Shown here: piece after piece, positions 6,301 to 16,900 of the stretch
Position numbering within the stretch: position 1 is the first letter of the stretch
How the letters are laid out: each line of letters begins with the position of its first letter
Assembly (NCBI GenBank): GCA_030747675.1
Contig: JASLKH010000032.1
Location: 1 to 20,174 of the forward strand
DNA: 20,174 bases
Source of the DNA: Candidatus Thalassarchaeaceae archaeon
Lineage (GTDB): Archaea; Thermoplasmatota; Poseidoniia; Poseidoniales; Thalassarchaeaceae
Direction of reading: 5' to 3'
Notes under the pieces: generated by a model
The model's database searches: none
The model's input: only the letters and a program-made list of their open reading frames with translations
What the model was told of the DNA's origin: nothing
Position numbers and translations under genes: made by a program

Positions 6301-7014
6301 CTCTGACATTTTTCGAATTCTAGTCCAATTTAATTCACAACTGCAAATGGCAATAATGCAATGATGAGCAACATAGAGGCCCAATTCGTTTCTTTTGGCT
6401 AGTGGTGAGAGGCCTTCTAATGCATCTGGAAAGTCATTAATAAGACTTTGAAACCTCTCCTCATCTTCCTTGTTCGTCTGAATGGTTGATGCAATTTCTT
6501 GATACATATCAGGCAACAAGCACCTAAATTCCCATCCATCCTTTTTTTCAATTGGTCTTACAGCCCGCAAAACAGCTCTGACAACATCTCCATAGAATTT
6601 ATTTTCACTATTGGCAAGTTTTTCTTGCATATATTTTTGAAATAATATCTTTGGAGCCTTGGAATTACCGTGCACCTTTCTTTCTTTCAGATCACGGAAA
6701 AACCCACCTTCTTTTTTGATGAATTCTTCTAATTTTGTAGCTAAATTGGAAACGATTCTCTTTGCCTCTTCTAAATCGCTAAAAGCTTTGGACATTGTAA
6801 TTGTAAATGGGCTTGAATTACCACTTCTAATACTCTCTAAGCGATGTTGTTGCACAACTAAACCAGCATGTTCATGAAATTCATTCGCCTGAGCAGAAGT
6901 CATTTTTTCCTTTGTTAACAAATCAGGTTTAGATATCCCGATATTTTCTAACCAATCATACCAATCCTCACCGGGTGAAAGGGGAACGGGTACTCTGTCC
7001 ATTCTCTCTCCCAT
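3391..7014 (-). CDS. Single-subunit DNA-directed RNA polymerase (T3/T7/mitochondrial family), 1207 aa, with zinc-finger and SAP-like insertions
   Basis: Motifs in canonical order: ALNNLQKTQWKIN (T7 AINIAQNTAWKIN); CDFRGRLY (5421-5401); PLGERGAFWLRV...NLYG; motif A LDATVNGYQH (D666 = T7 D537); motif B R747-x3-K751-x7-Y759G (T7 R627/K631/Y639); WEVPTGF (T7 WVTPDGF); AANYVHSLDGAH (T7 APNFVHSQDGSH); motif C VHDSFGTH (D1141 = T7 D812). Start could be Met5 at 7002, which follows GGGAG. Confidence 0.97.
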   Translation of the reverse strand: MGERMDRVPVPLSPGEDWYDWLENIGISKPDLLTKEKMTSAQANEFHEHAGLVVQQHRLESIRSGNSSPFTITMSKAFSDLEEAKRIVSNLATKLEEFIKKEGGFFRDLKERKVHGNSKAPKILFQKYMQEKLANSENKFYGDVVRAVLRAVRPIEKKDGWEFRCLLPDMYQEIASTIQTNKEDEERFQSLINDFPDALEGLSPLAKRNELGLYVAHHCIIAICSCELNWTRIRKMSEEERQNPIDFYKRNGDDRFSADDKIPDEWYDQHHKVRSLIYFTDDMIKEINEEEKNSVNKFSKSKARYPSAALRVYQPYPGGYMNCRPSEHRFENLSGIRGDPQKVEALLNAQKSQSKNELYGGPLQKQHRKTVLKHGRFEEDDWERVEDVGEGVRKALNNLQKTQWKINEDFIKAISLGNSEKSRSDGRQMRVFNRDFRPEIKERLAAFCIKRVKCPHPKCNAGITESCRERKSRKDNFKKCSSHASRLNIWEKYSNWKMTLDTIDRLIWHYDKENKNHPSEYGSVFWNPFSCDFRGRLYSHPNLSPQGEDFQKASIVFRESRPLGERGAFWLRVQVCNLYGEMKGESFEKRAKWTEEKRDMLSKIAEKPMSYVTVQKEGGWWSDPRKKNEAFLRLANTIAMKKAWDDFDRNGGDWDKVMSNQPVNLDATVNGYQHISALLRSYELASKVNVIKTDNKNQKSDLYQLVANQAEKLANHGDTKKKLTKLVTNKNKANLSKIYEKIFTNGRSIAKPIVMQSAYGAGLHNQWEQFVTHNGKKNGMVPENPEERVKYNEKWKLWEENGKIKGKKPKMKIGKMWHKASFFYDVLGIDDSLVPPGKQIRFSKDIVLLFTKALKIEAPEYHEYRETMKNSVSSDENDYHELNWEVPTGFKTKNRYPERTELKFSNVKNPKMEVGGKKKVVAVDSYWLEKRREQEERLHNNQKILTEDDLGYLVGSKLKEGQTHPTTRERSWRLSHVIEKWNAEYGNKQIEWDSEVSYIENLNELIKQGDEHNFAKDLDAYLRGTINCTFTISHPPLEKVDYYGKMSRRELKEIIRQRNSKRKKKKLILQTGSKEELIARLKEDDRVEVYDKNSPKNKVATSIAANYVHSLDGAHMAMVVNKMSTYCEGEQKGFDFWAVHDSFGTHAADIDTLRKITLETFKELHENLKLPKEIAGQIKKLRKDFCTANGGRGLDLKDVLDSIFFLD

Positions 7015-7099
7015 GAGACTTCATGCACCACAATTGACTTCAAATTGACCGAGTAACTCTCAGGATTAATTTCATCCGTAAGAACTCAAGGGTCGAAGC

Positions 7100-7654
7100 G
7101 TGGATAACTCACTTTCCCTTGAGATAGGCCTTCCTGGCACATTGCTTTCCGAGGCTTATTTTGATTGTCGCTTCTCTTGTTTGAGAGAACCCCTTGGTTT
7201 TGCCCGAGGAGCTGAAAGGCTAGCAGATGACCCCGAGGCAATCCACGCATGGTGGGAAACAGCCAAAGGCCAAGTTCTTGCAGTTGGTAGAATTCATAAA
7301 ATACCCAGTAATTCGGCTGGATCCCAAGCAGACCATGCAGGGCTCAATGCAACACAGTGCCCTCCTTTCACCCCACTTGAAGAAAATGGGAACTTGCGCC
7401 CTGCTGTGCAAATTCGACAGATGGGGACGCGAAATGAATGGCGTAGGCAAGGGCTAGCTAGTGGACTTGTAGTTGCATTGGAAGCGGCTGCAGTAAGTCA
7501 TTGGGGGGCGAAAAGTGGCTGGCTTCAAGCACGTATTGAAGCAATACCAATGTATGAAAGTGAAGATTGGGACCAATATGGAGACGAATATGATGTCAAA
7601 GGCATTGGACCCCATTGTTCTATGTGGAAAATATTTGACCACTCGGAGGAATAA
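7100..7654 (+). CDS. GNAT family N-acetyltransferase (ElaA/YiiD-like)
   Basis: GTG start; acetyl-CoA motif QIRQMGTRNEWRRQGLA, then WLQARIEAIPMY and GPHCSMWK typical of this GNAT subgroup. Confidence 0.85.
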   Translation: MDNSLSLEIGLPGTLLSEAYFDCRFSCLREPLGFARGAERLADDPEAIHAWWETAKGQVLAVGRIHKIPSNSAGSQADHAGLNATQCPPFTPLEENGNLRPAVQIRQMGTRNEWRRQGLASGLVVALEAAAVSHWGAKSGWLQARIEAIPMYESEDWDQYGDEYDVKGIGPHCSMWKIFDHSEE

Positions 7655-7655
7655 C

Positions 7656-8456
7656 ATGCTTTCAGATGAAGACACTCACTTTGCTATTTGGCTGGATAGA
7701 ATGTTAACAAAAGAGCCAGATTTACGTCAAAGCTTGGGTGTTGAAAAGGAGGCTAAAAGGGCATCTACAATCCCCCGAATAATTTTGTTAGAAGATGGTG
7801 AACCAGCAGCCTATGCTGAATTGCGTAGAGTGGGAAGAGCCGTTGAATTAGCAACAGTAGTTGTAGATCCTGAACAACGTGGCCGGGGTTTATCCCATGA
7901 TTTAGTTCACCAAGGATGGGAAAGATGGCGCCAAGATCCAATAGTACATGGCCAATCTGTGATGCCTGAGATCAATTTCGCACAAGCGTCCCTACAGGAG
8001 GAATCTAATCAGACTGCGTCTATTGTGAGAGGACCCCTTATTTCGTTCACACGAGACCCAGCAATGGCCGCAGCTCTTATTGGAGGCGGTTTCACATTAA
8101 TACCCAAAAAACGTAGACCATCCCGCCTTTGGCTGTGGAAATCCGATAATGGGATATTACCGATTTCAATTCAATTATCACTTGCTTTTGATCGTCTTGG
8201 ACGAGGTCTCCGCCTATTGTTTACCCAACCAAAAAATCTCATTCATTTCCTACAAAATACTCGAAAATATCGCTTGTTTGTGAGAGTCCCTGAAGATGCA
8301 GAACGACTACCTCCTCGAATGCACTCTCGCTCCCAAAGAGAATCTGACGCACCCCAGGGCATTGCTCCCGATGTGATTGACCAACTAGAAGTGGTAGGGT
8401 ATTCTCCTGAAAACGAATCTTCAGGTCAAGTCAACGCCTGGGATGAAGGAGAATAA
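7656..8456 (+). CDS. GNAT-domain protein with C-terminal extension, 266 aa
   Basis: Start moved from 7515 to ATG 7656 (GGAGG RBS, 1 nt after the upstream stop). Motif A VELATVVVDPEQRGRGLS. Confidence 0.75.
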   Translation: MLSDEDTHFAIWLDRMLTKEPDLRQSLGVEKEAKRASTIPRIILLEDGEPAAYAELRRVGRAVELATVVVDPEQRGRGLSHDLVHQGWERWRQDPIVHGQSVMPEINFAQASLQEESNQTASIVRGPLISFTRDPAMAAALIGGGFTLIPKKRRPSRLWLWKSDNGILPISIQLSLAFDRLGRGLRLLFTQPKNLIHFLQNTRKYRLFVRVPEDAERLPPRMHSRSQRESDAPQGIAPDVIDQLEVVGYSPENESSGQVNAWDEGE

Positions 8457-8460
8457 ACAG

Positions 8461-10746
8461 TCAAAGCCGCTGTCGTGCATTTCGTTGCGCATCAACTGCA
8501 CAAATTGCTGCCATGTGAACTACATCACGAACAGCATCTCCTCGTTGAAGTACATGGACTGGTTTTGCCATCCCTTCTAGAATCGGTCCAGTCATTTCAG
8601 CACCACCCAATCGTTGTAGAAGTTTGTAAGAGATATTGGCTGAAGCAAGGTTTGGGCAAATGAGTACATTGGCTGGCCCATTCAAGGTCATGAATGGATA
8701 ACCCTCTTGGATGTCTGGAATTAATGCAGTATCAGCCTGCATTGGACCATCAATAATCAGAGAAGGATCCAATTCACGTGCTATACTCAGCGAATCTTCA
8801 ATGCGATCAGTTCGAAACTCTCCTGATGAACCAAAGTTAGAGAATGACAGAAGAGCAACCCGCGGTTCAACTCCAAATCTCTTTGCTACTCGCGCCGTTT
8901 GAATTGCAATTTCCGCTAGTGTTCTCTTGTCAGGATATATGTTGATAGTTGCATCACCAATGAACATTAATTTCCCTTTAATTGTCATCATGTAAGTTCC
9001 AATCACACGATGTGCATTTTCATCGGTGCCAATTGTTTCTAGACAAGGTCGCAAGAAGTCAGGATAATTTCGTGCAATTCCTCCGATAATACCGTCAGCA
9101 TCGCCTAATTCAACCATCATTGGCCCGAAGTAAGTTCTAGATTTTAGTAGCCGCTTAGCATCGGGCCTCGTCACACCCTTACGCCCTCTTTTCCTGTGCA
9201 GCGCGTCAGTGTAGGTTGTAGAACGCCGCGAGTCTTCCCGCGGATCAATCATTTCACATTCAAATTCAAGGCCTAATTCTTCTTTCATTGCCTCGATTTC
9301 GTGAATTCTACCTAGCAATACGGGTTTACAAATTCTTTCTTGAATGCATTGCGCTGCGGCTTTGAGCATTGTGGGATGATCACCTTCACAGAAGACAATA
9401 CGTTGTTGATTTCTGGCAGCACGATCCATCACTCCGCGCATAATTGAACGGGTCAAACCCAACCGACTTTCCAACTCATTTCGATAATTGTCAATATTGA
9501 ATGAAGCGGCAACTTCGGGACTTACTTTGCCTTCTGCAACAGCAGTAGCTGCCACAGCACTGGCTTCCCACATGAGAACTCTTGCATCGAACGGCTTTGG
9601 AATCAGATAATCTGGTCCAAATTGAATTTGCTCTCCACCATAAGCAGCAGCAACATCGTCTGGAACAGGTTGTTTTGCCAAGGTGGCTAACGCATGGGTT
9701 GCAGCCATTTTCATACCTTCAGTAATTTCAGTAGCTCTAACATCGAGCGCACCACGGAAAATGTATGGGAAACCCAGAACATTGTTGATTTGATTTGGAT
9801 AATCAGAACGCCCGGTTGCTATTATGGCATCATCTCGAACTTTTTGAACTTCTTCAGGCATTATTTCAGGTGTTGGATTTGCTAGAGCAAAAATCAATGG
9901 ATTTGAGGCCATTCTTTTTACCATTTTTCCGGTAACTAATCCTCCTTTAGAAAGCCCAAGGAATACATCGGAGCCAACTAATGCATCTCCCAAGTTACCA
10001 TCAGGAACATCTCGAGAAAATTTAGCCTTGTAGCGGTTTAACTCACCAGCATCCTTGCGTTTTGTAGTAAGAATGCCTTTGGAATCACACATCAACAAAT
10101 TTTCCTTTCTCACACCTAATCTGACATAGTGTGTAGCACAAGAAATGGCACTAGCACCTGCACCAGATACAACGACCTTAACTTGACTAATATCTTTGTC
10201 AACGACTTCAAGGCCATTTAGCAGAGCAGCACCTGAAATAATTGCAGTCCCATGCTGATCATCATGCATCACCGGAATATCTAACTCTTTTACCAATCGC
10301 TTTTCAATTTCAAAGCACTCAGGGGCTTTGATATCTTCTAAATTGATGCCGCCAAAAGTAGGAGCAATTCGCTTTACGGTATCTACAAATTCATCAATGT
10401 TTTCAGCATCAACTTCAATATCAAAGACATCAATATCTGCAAATGCCTTGAATAATAACCCCTTCCCTTCCATCACTGGTTTACTTGCTAAGGCGCCAAT
10501 ATTTCCTAGGCCGAGAACAGCTGTACCATTGCTGATAACAGCAACCAAATTCCCTCGTGCCGTGTATTCCATCGCCTTGTGAGGATCTTGCTCGATTTCC
10601 AAGCAAGGATATGCAACTCCTGGTGAATATGCTAATGATAACTCACGCTGAGTTGAATGAGGTTTTGTAGGGACTACTGTGATTTTTCCACGGGGTTCTG
10701 ATGAATGATAATCGAGCGCATCCTTACGGAGTTGTTCATCGCTCAT
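8461..10746 (-). CDS. maeB: NADP-dependent malic enzyme fused to a phosphotransacetylase-like domain
   Basis: [69 protein letters not shown], followed by a PTA-like C-terminus ([37 protein letters not shown]). Confidence 0.97.
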   Translation of the reverse strand: MSDEQLRKDALDYHSSEPRGKITVVPTKPHSTQRELSLAYSPGVAYPCLEIEQDPHKAMEYTARGNLVAVISNGTAVLGLGNIGALASKPVMEGKGLLFKAFADIDVFDIEVDAENIDEFVDTVKRIAPTFGGINLEDIKAPECFEIEKRLVKELDIPVMHDDQHGTAIISGAALLNGLEVVDKDISQVKVVVSGAGASAISCATHYVRLGVRKENLLMCDSKGILTTKRKDAGELNRYKAKFSRDVPDGNLGDALVGSDVFLGLSKGGLVTGKMVKRMASNPLIFALANPTPEIMPEEVQKVRDDAIIATGRSDYPNQINNVLGFPYIFRGALDVRATEITEGMKMAATHALATLAKQPVPDDVAAAYGGEQIQFGPDYLIPKPFDARVLMWEASAVAATAVAEGKVSPEVAASFNIDNYRNELESRLGLTRSIMRGVMDRAARNQQRIVFCEGDHPTMLKAAAQCIQERICKPVLLGRIHEIEAMKEELGLEFECEMIDPREDSRRSTTYTDALHRKRGRKGVTRPDAKRLLKSRTYFGPMMVELGDADGIIGGIARNYPDFLRPCLETIGTDENAHRVIGTYMMTIKGKLMFIGDATINIYPDKRTLAEIAIQTARVAKRFGVEPRVALLSFSNFGSSGEFRTDRIEDSLSIARELDPSLIIDGPMQADTALIPDIQEGYPFMTLNGPANVLICPNLASANISYKLLQRLGGAEMTGPILEGMAKPVHVLQRGDAVRDVVHMAAICAVDAQRNARQRL

Positions 10747-10862
10747 TTTGTGCCCTCAATCTAATCGGTTCTGCATATCCCATATCCCCTTTCCCCCACA
10801 GAATTGACATTGTGCATTATTTTCACAGTATTTTTCACCCTCCAAAACCTAATTTTTTAATG

Positions 10863-10881
10863 TGGTATACTATGTATACCA
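10863..10881. promoter_or_regulatory. Perfect 8-bp inverted repeat (candidate operator) in the divergent maeB / giant-protein intergenic region
   Basis: TGGTATAC-tat-GTATACCA. Confidence 0.5.
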
Positions 10882-10932
10882 TCGACACAATCAACCAAGA
10901 CCTTCAAAAGTAGTAAATCAAGCGTTGATGCC

Positions 10933-13900
10933 ATGATTACCCCTGAGGCCACTGTGACCCCAGATGGAAAGAGACGTGCAATATCTCTCGTTACAATTAT
11001 GATTTTGGCATCTTGGTTGCCCATGGGAACTCCTTGGATTGCAATTGCTCATGCTGGTGTTGTGGCAGAATGGGGGTCTGAAGGATCAAACGATACGGGC
11101 TGGATTCAGTTGAATGCAACATTACCGAATTCGTTGGCTCAATCAGCAACAGCGGACTTAATGTTAGATTTCGCTCCAGGGGCAGCAATTGATAATTTAA
11201 CATTCGAAATACGTGTAAATGGCTCAGATGGAATTTGGGTTGAAGAACCTCAAATTCTCTTACCTGACGCCCCGGCCAGTCTATTGGATTGGCGTGGCCT
11301 TGGAGCTTTAGGTCAACAAAATAATTTCATAGGGAGCGACCCCCACACAAGTCGCCTCTCTCCTAATAGCGATTCAAATGCAGGCTGGGTCTTACCTGGT
11401 GGTGCAACAATAACTGATGTAGTCATCGAAGCATTACGGCCAGCGGACCCCTTAGTTTCCATGCAAAGAATCGAAGTTAATGTTGCAGATACAGATATTC
11501 ATCCCATTGATGGCCGTCTTTATTGGGCATCTGGTGACTCACTTGTGCAAGTAGATTCTCAAAATAATCCACCAGTGATTGAAGTGTTTGATTTGGATCA
11601 AGACATCCTCGCTATATCAGTTGATAGTTTCAACAATATCATTTATGTTGCATCTAGAGATGAAAATGCAGGGTATTTGCATGTTTATTCTTTGATAGAT
11701 TCTAGTTACCTCGGTGAAGTCACAACACCAGGATTAACATTTTCAGCATTGGCAGATGGCGGCTTTGGGGGGCTATGGGCCTCAGATGGTGACGGATTAT
11801 ATTCTGGTAATTTCCAACTTTCAATGGGAACGCCGATGGTGACTTGGACGCGAGTAGTAGACCTTGCAGTAGGAGCAAACCATGCAGCTACTGACATTAT
11901 GGTACTCAGTACCGATGTGTGGATTTCGACTGATGGTTCGGGATTATATCATTACGATGCTAGTTCCGGTGCAGCCAATCATTATGATACACAGAATGCC
12001 TTGCCTAGTGATAGAGTAATTGATTTAGAAATGGCCGGTTCCCACTTGTTGATTGCTACAGCTGATTCAGGAGTATCACGTCGCGATGTATCTACAAATT
12101 CATGGCTTGCAACTTGGACTAACGGAAATTGGCTTGCAAGCAACTCAATCGCCTCACTTTCTTCAATCGACGGTTGGGTCCACATTCTTGCAGGCGATAC
12201 GATACATGCATACAATACCACAAGTTTGTCCTTTACGAATGCATGGACAATGACAGATTTGTCCCTATCTCGGGAAGTAGGAGATTCTCTAATTCCTTGG
12301 CCTCACGGCGGCTCTCGTTCACCCTCAAATCACAGTGTTTTGGTCGGTGACTCTTCTGGAACATTTGCAGTACTTCATCCTTCATTACCCAGTCATGGTA
12401 TTTCTCAAGGTTCATGGGATCAAATGATTTTTGCAACGGGTCCAAGCGAAGATCAAATGCGTGATGCAATTGAACTAAATGGAATAATTTACATTGCGGC
12501 CGGTGAAAAGGTTGAGCGCTTTGATATGAATAATAATCGATGGTTGAATCCATTGACTGGTAACTCAGCGCCTTACTCAAGTGCCATTCAGTGTATTGCA
12601 ACCGATGGCACGAACATCTTCATCGGAAGCGAAAGTTCTGGAGTCATAATGATTACAATTAATGGCACCACAGTAATTTCTGAAAATGCAGCACAGTGGG
12701 TTACAGCCGACGGCCTTTCCTCTAGTGAGGTTGGAGACCTAGCCTACGAGTCGGCCACAGGTCAAATCATCTCCATGCACCCTTTTGCAGGTATTTCTGT
12801 CATAGATCCTACTAATTCAACAGTTCCTCAAACATGGACCGAATTTAATGGCCTCAATTCAAATGATATTACTGCCTTAGCAGTCCGAGGAGGTATCGCT
12901 TATGCGGGCACAAACAATGACGGAGTTGAGAGAATTGATATTGTAAATTCCACTTTGCTGACTCCTTGGACATCAACAGGAATGGACGATGTTGATGCAA
13001 TGCCTATTGCCATTGACGGCTCCACACTTTATCTTGGGATGTATGGGTTTGGCGTTCTCGTTTACGATATGTCAACTGGTGAGCAAACAGGACTATGGCA
13101 AAGAACGGGAGGGAATGGACCAGGTCAATCTAACCAAATTCCATCAAACAATGTTCTTTCCCTTGCAATTCTCACTCCCGGTACTGTACTTGTTGGTACA
13201 AACAATGGGGGTGCACAGCACACATCTAGCGGTTGGTCTAATATGGGTAACACTGGAAATGAACGAGCAGATCAATTTTATGACTGGGATTTCGATAATC
13301 AGCACATCTATGCTGCTACTGAAACAGGTGTTTGTCAGTGGACTAGATCAGGTCTTCAATTCCAAAAGTGCTGGGATGATAACCCAGATGGACTTCCTGG
13401 GGAAGATACCTATGCGATAGAATTGATTGAACCCAACCGAATTTGGGTCGGCCAAAATGAAGGGGCAGGAGTCATAGATGTAACCAATGATTCAGTGATT
13501 AAGAGTTGGGAAGCAGGAGTTAATTCAGGTAATGCAAAAGTCATCGTCATTGGCGACGTGGCATATTTGGGCTATGATGGAATAGGTATTCTTCGATATG
13601 ATTTGGTTACAGATGAATGGCTTTCCCCATGGGACGCTGTAACTTCTAATCTCATTGAAAGTAATGGAGTTACAGCCATGGTTCAGGACATTAATCCAAA
13701 CCGCATTTGGGTTGGAGGCGATATGGGACTCAACCTCATTGATGTTGTCAATGCAACGCTCGAAAAAGATTGGGACTCAGGAAGTAATTCAGGTGGAATC
13801 ACACTTTCCAACCAAGAGCCCGGGGAGCTAGTAATCGTTGGCGATACGATGTATTACATGCAGGTCCGATTTGGAAATAATGGATATTCATCAAACGATA

Positions 13901-16900
13901 ATATTTACCGTTATGATATAATTAACATGACTCAACTCAGTACATTGGATGTGGGTAACTCAGAAGGATACTCAGCATTGGTCCATGGAATGGGTGCAGT
14001 TGGAGACATCATTCATTTTGGAATATCTCCAACTAATTGGTGGCAAGGAGATGGCCACATGGTTCGTTGGAATCATACCAGTGGGGCATGGATGGACTCA
14101 ATTGAAGCTAAAGGACAAGTTGAGCGAGTAAATGCACAATTTGCAGGTGACTGTAACCCTACACCCACAAATTGCCATCTTTATGCAGCATATGGGAATA
14201 CCCCCTTACATCAGGTTGACATGAATGGAAACCTTGTGCGTTCATGGGATGATTCCGTTCTCGAGGGTCCAATCAGAGGAATCGCGACATGGGATGGTAC
14301 AGTACTCTTTGGTACAGAAGACGGCATCTCTCGGTACAACTATTCAAGCAATACTTGGTTATCTGAATGGACTTCCAACAATGGTTTACCCAACAATGTT
14401 GAGGATGCCGTATACTCAATGGAAACAATAGGGGATGATCTGTGGGTTTCTACAATGGCCACGTCAGGCTGGAATCGTAATTCGAAGATATTGCAACTCA
14501 ATGGAACATCAAATCAGTGGACAGTTCATGATGTAGGTAGTGGGCAAGTTCCTGAAGGGTATGGCGCTGATATCGGTATTTGCAATGATATTGTTCATGT
14601 GGCATTGAATCGGTGGGCTGGATGGGGTAGCCAAGGAGGCGTTGCTCGCTATGATTTATCGACAGGAAATTGGCTATCGGATTGGAATCAGGGCGCAGGG
14701 GGATTGCCTCATGACAATCCCGTTGCCATTGCGTGTGATGATGCTTACCAAATCACCTACATCGGATTTGAAGAAGACGATGGGTCCATTGCTCGCTATG
14801 ATTATGTCAATCAACAATTCCTTGCAACATTAGACGAAGATGACAACGTGGTAAGTGAACCAATTTTCCCTGGTGCAATGCAGTATCAACTTGGTAGTTT
14901 ATTGGTTGGACACTATGATGGCGGAGGAATCACATATATTTCCACAACCGGGCAAATTGTAACGGCCGTTATTCCATTCAGTACGGATGCAGAAGCAACT
15001 AGCATTGATCTTGTCCCAGGTCAGACATTTGAATTTGCAGTTGGCCGGGCTGGTGGAGCAAGTGGATATAATCGAGTTGACAACCTAAATGGAAATGGTT
15101 TGAACCCTGGTGCATGGGATAATCTCGCAACACTTTCTACAGGTAGAATCGCAGAATTCACAGGCAACTCAACCCATATTTGGGCAGTACCAATAGATGA
15201 CTTTACTTCGACATATGGTACAGCAATTCTTGAAGGTGAGTATCAGTCTAATGGGAGTATTGAATGGACTCGTGCATGGAACCTAAATGCTGAATTGGTC
15301 AATGAAATTACACTTGATGGGAACACTCTGTGGATTACAACTACAGGGTTAGGTTTACACCAAATCGATTTGGTAAGTGGTAATTATACCTTCACAGGAT
15401 ATCCATTGCATGGGCAAATGGACGGTTTGACTTGGTATGGTAATGAATTAATTGTGGGTTTAATGGGAACACCTTCAACAGCTGCTGGAGTCCAACGATA
15501 TGACACCTCTACAGGACAATGGGGTGCCGGCCGCATTTCAGCAGGCCTGCCGAGTAATTTTGTCCGAGATTTCGAGAAGATTGGTGATTTAGTTTACATT
15601 GCAACACTTGCTGGAATTGGTGTTTGGAATTTATCAGCAGATGATTGGGAAGACCCAATGACAACCGCCGATGGTTTACCAACTCCATTCATCACACATC
15701 TCGATTCAGACAACGGTATCCTCCTGATTGGCACGCCTTCCGGTTTGATGTCATACGAACCTGGCCTTGGTCTTGGACAAATGTACGGCCGCAACCAGGG
15801 TTTGGTTGGAGACTCAGTTAATGGCATTGCCAAGATTATAGATCCTGCAACAGGAATTACTACTCTTTTCGTTAGTCACAACGGAGAGGGCCCAACACGA
15901 CCCGGATTTAGCGAAGTTGTTCCAGTAACTCCAACAAGCCCTCCTGGTGTTGTTTATACAGTTCTAGACACAACGTTAGTCGACATATTACCAAGCAACG
16001 GCATCACTGCATTAGCTAGTGATTGGTGGGGTATCCACATTGGAACTGACGCTGAACCATTGATGCATTGGAATGCATCTGGTAACGAAATGGAGCAAGG
16101 AGCCTCAATTTCAGGATTGTCGTCGTGGCCGATACAGCACATGGATAGCGACGGCCAAAATATAATTGCAATTTCCAGCATGGGTGTTGATTTGATTGAT
16201 GTGACAACTGGATTACATCCTTCCACTCAATTGATTTCATATGCCGGTCTCTCCGCCGGAACAATTTCTTCTAATGGTGTGTACATTGTTGGGATGGATG
16301 GCTTACATGTATGGAGCGGCCACCCTAGTTTCATTGAGATTGACAGGTCTTCCATGAGACGTGCTGACCCATTAACGATTACTTTAGGCGGAAGTTCTGG
16401 AAGTTCTTTAGATGCAACTGATGAAGCACGGCCGGGTAACAAAATTACCTTGATTAATTCAAGTAATGCCGTGTCTATTCCGGCTTTTGGAACAGCAGGC
16501 CCAGGAAATATCCCAGTGACACAAGACATGCTTACACTGTCTAGTCCAGTATCGGGTGCAGCAACGTGGGTGGCAAGCACTCGACTAAATTATTCAGGTT
16601 CATGGGATTTAGCGGCCTTGAATAGTAATCTCCAAACAACAGTACAAGTTGCTATTGATAATAGTGTATTGACTTCAATGGGGCGCTCATTACATATTCA
16701 ACTACAATCACCAGTTAACGGCTCTCTTGAAGTTCGACTAACCTATGACTGGGTAAGAACAGAATCTCCAAGTGAGATGATTGATCTCTTCGATCGCCCT
16801 GAAGATGGAGGGGGCACATTGATTGCTCAGTGGACAGTAACACAAGACCACTCTTTCAATGCGTATCAGATATATTTGCGTCCGAATAGTAATTGGACAA

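Noticed and set aside
1-7014. Calling the region a prophage or transposon
   Set aside because: No structural, packaging, replication, integrase or transposase genes and no att sites or terminal repeats visible; they could lie left of the window.
7007-7029. GGGAGA at the RNAP start as an autopromoter +1
   Set aside because: The upstream 17 nt match neither T7 nor the local repeat core; it is more simply an RBS for Met5.
7031-7077. Three short inverted repeats in the RNAP/GNAT intergenic region
   Set aside because: Stems of only 3-5 bp, expected by chance in AT-rich DNA.
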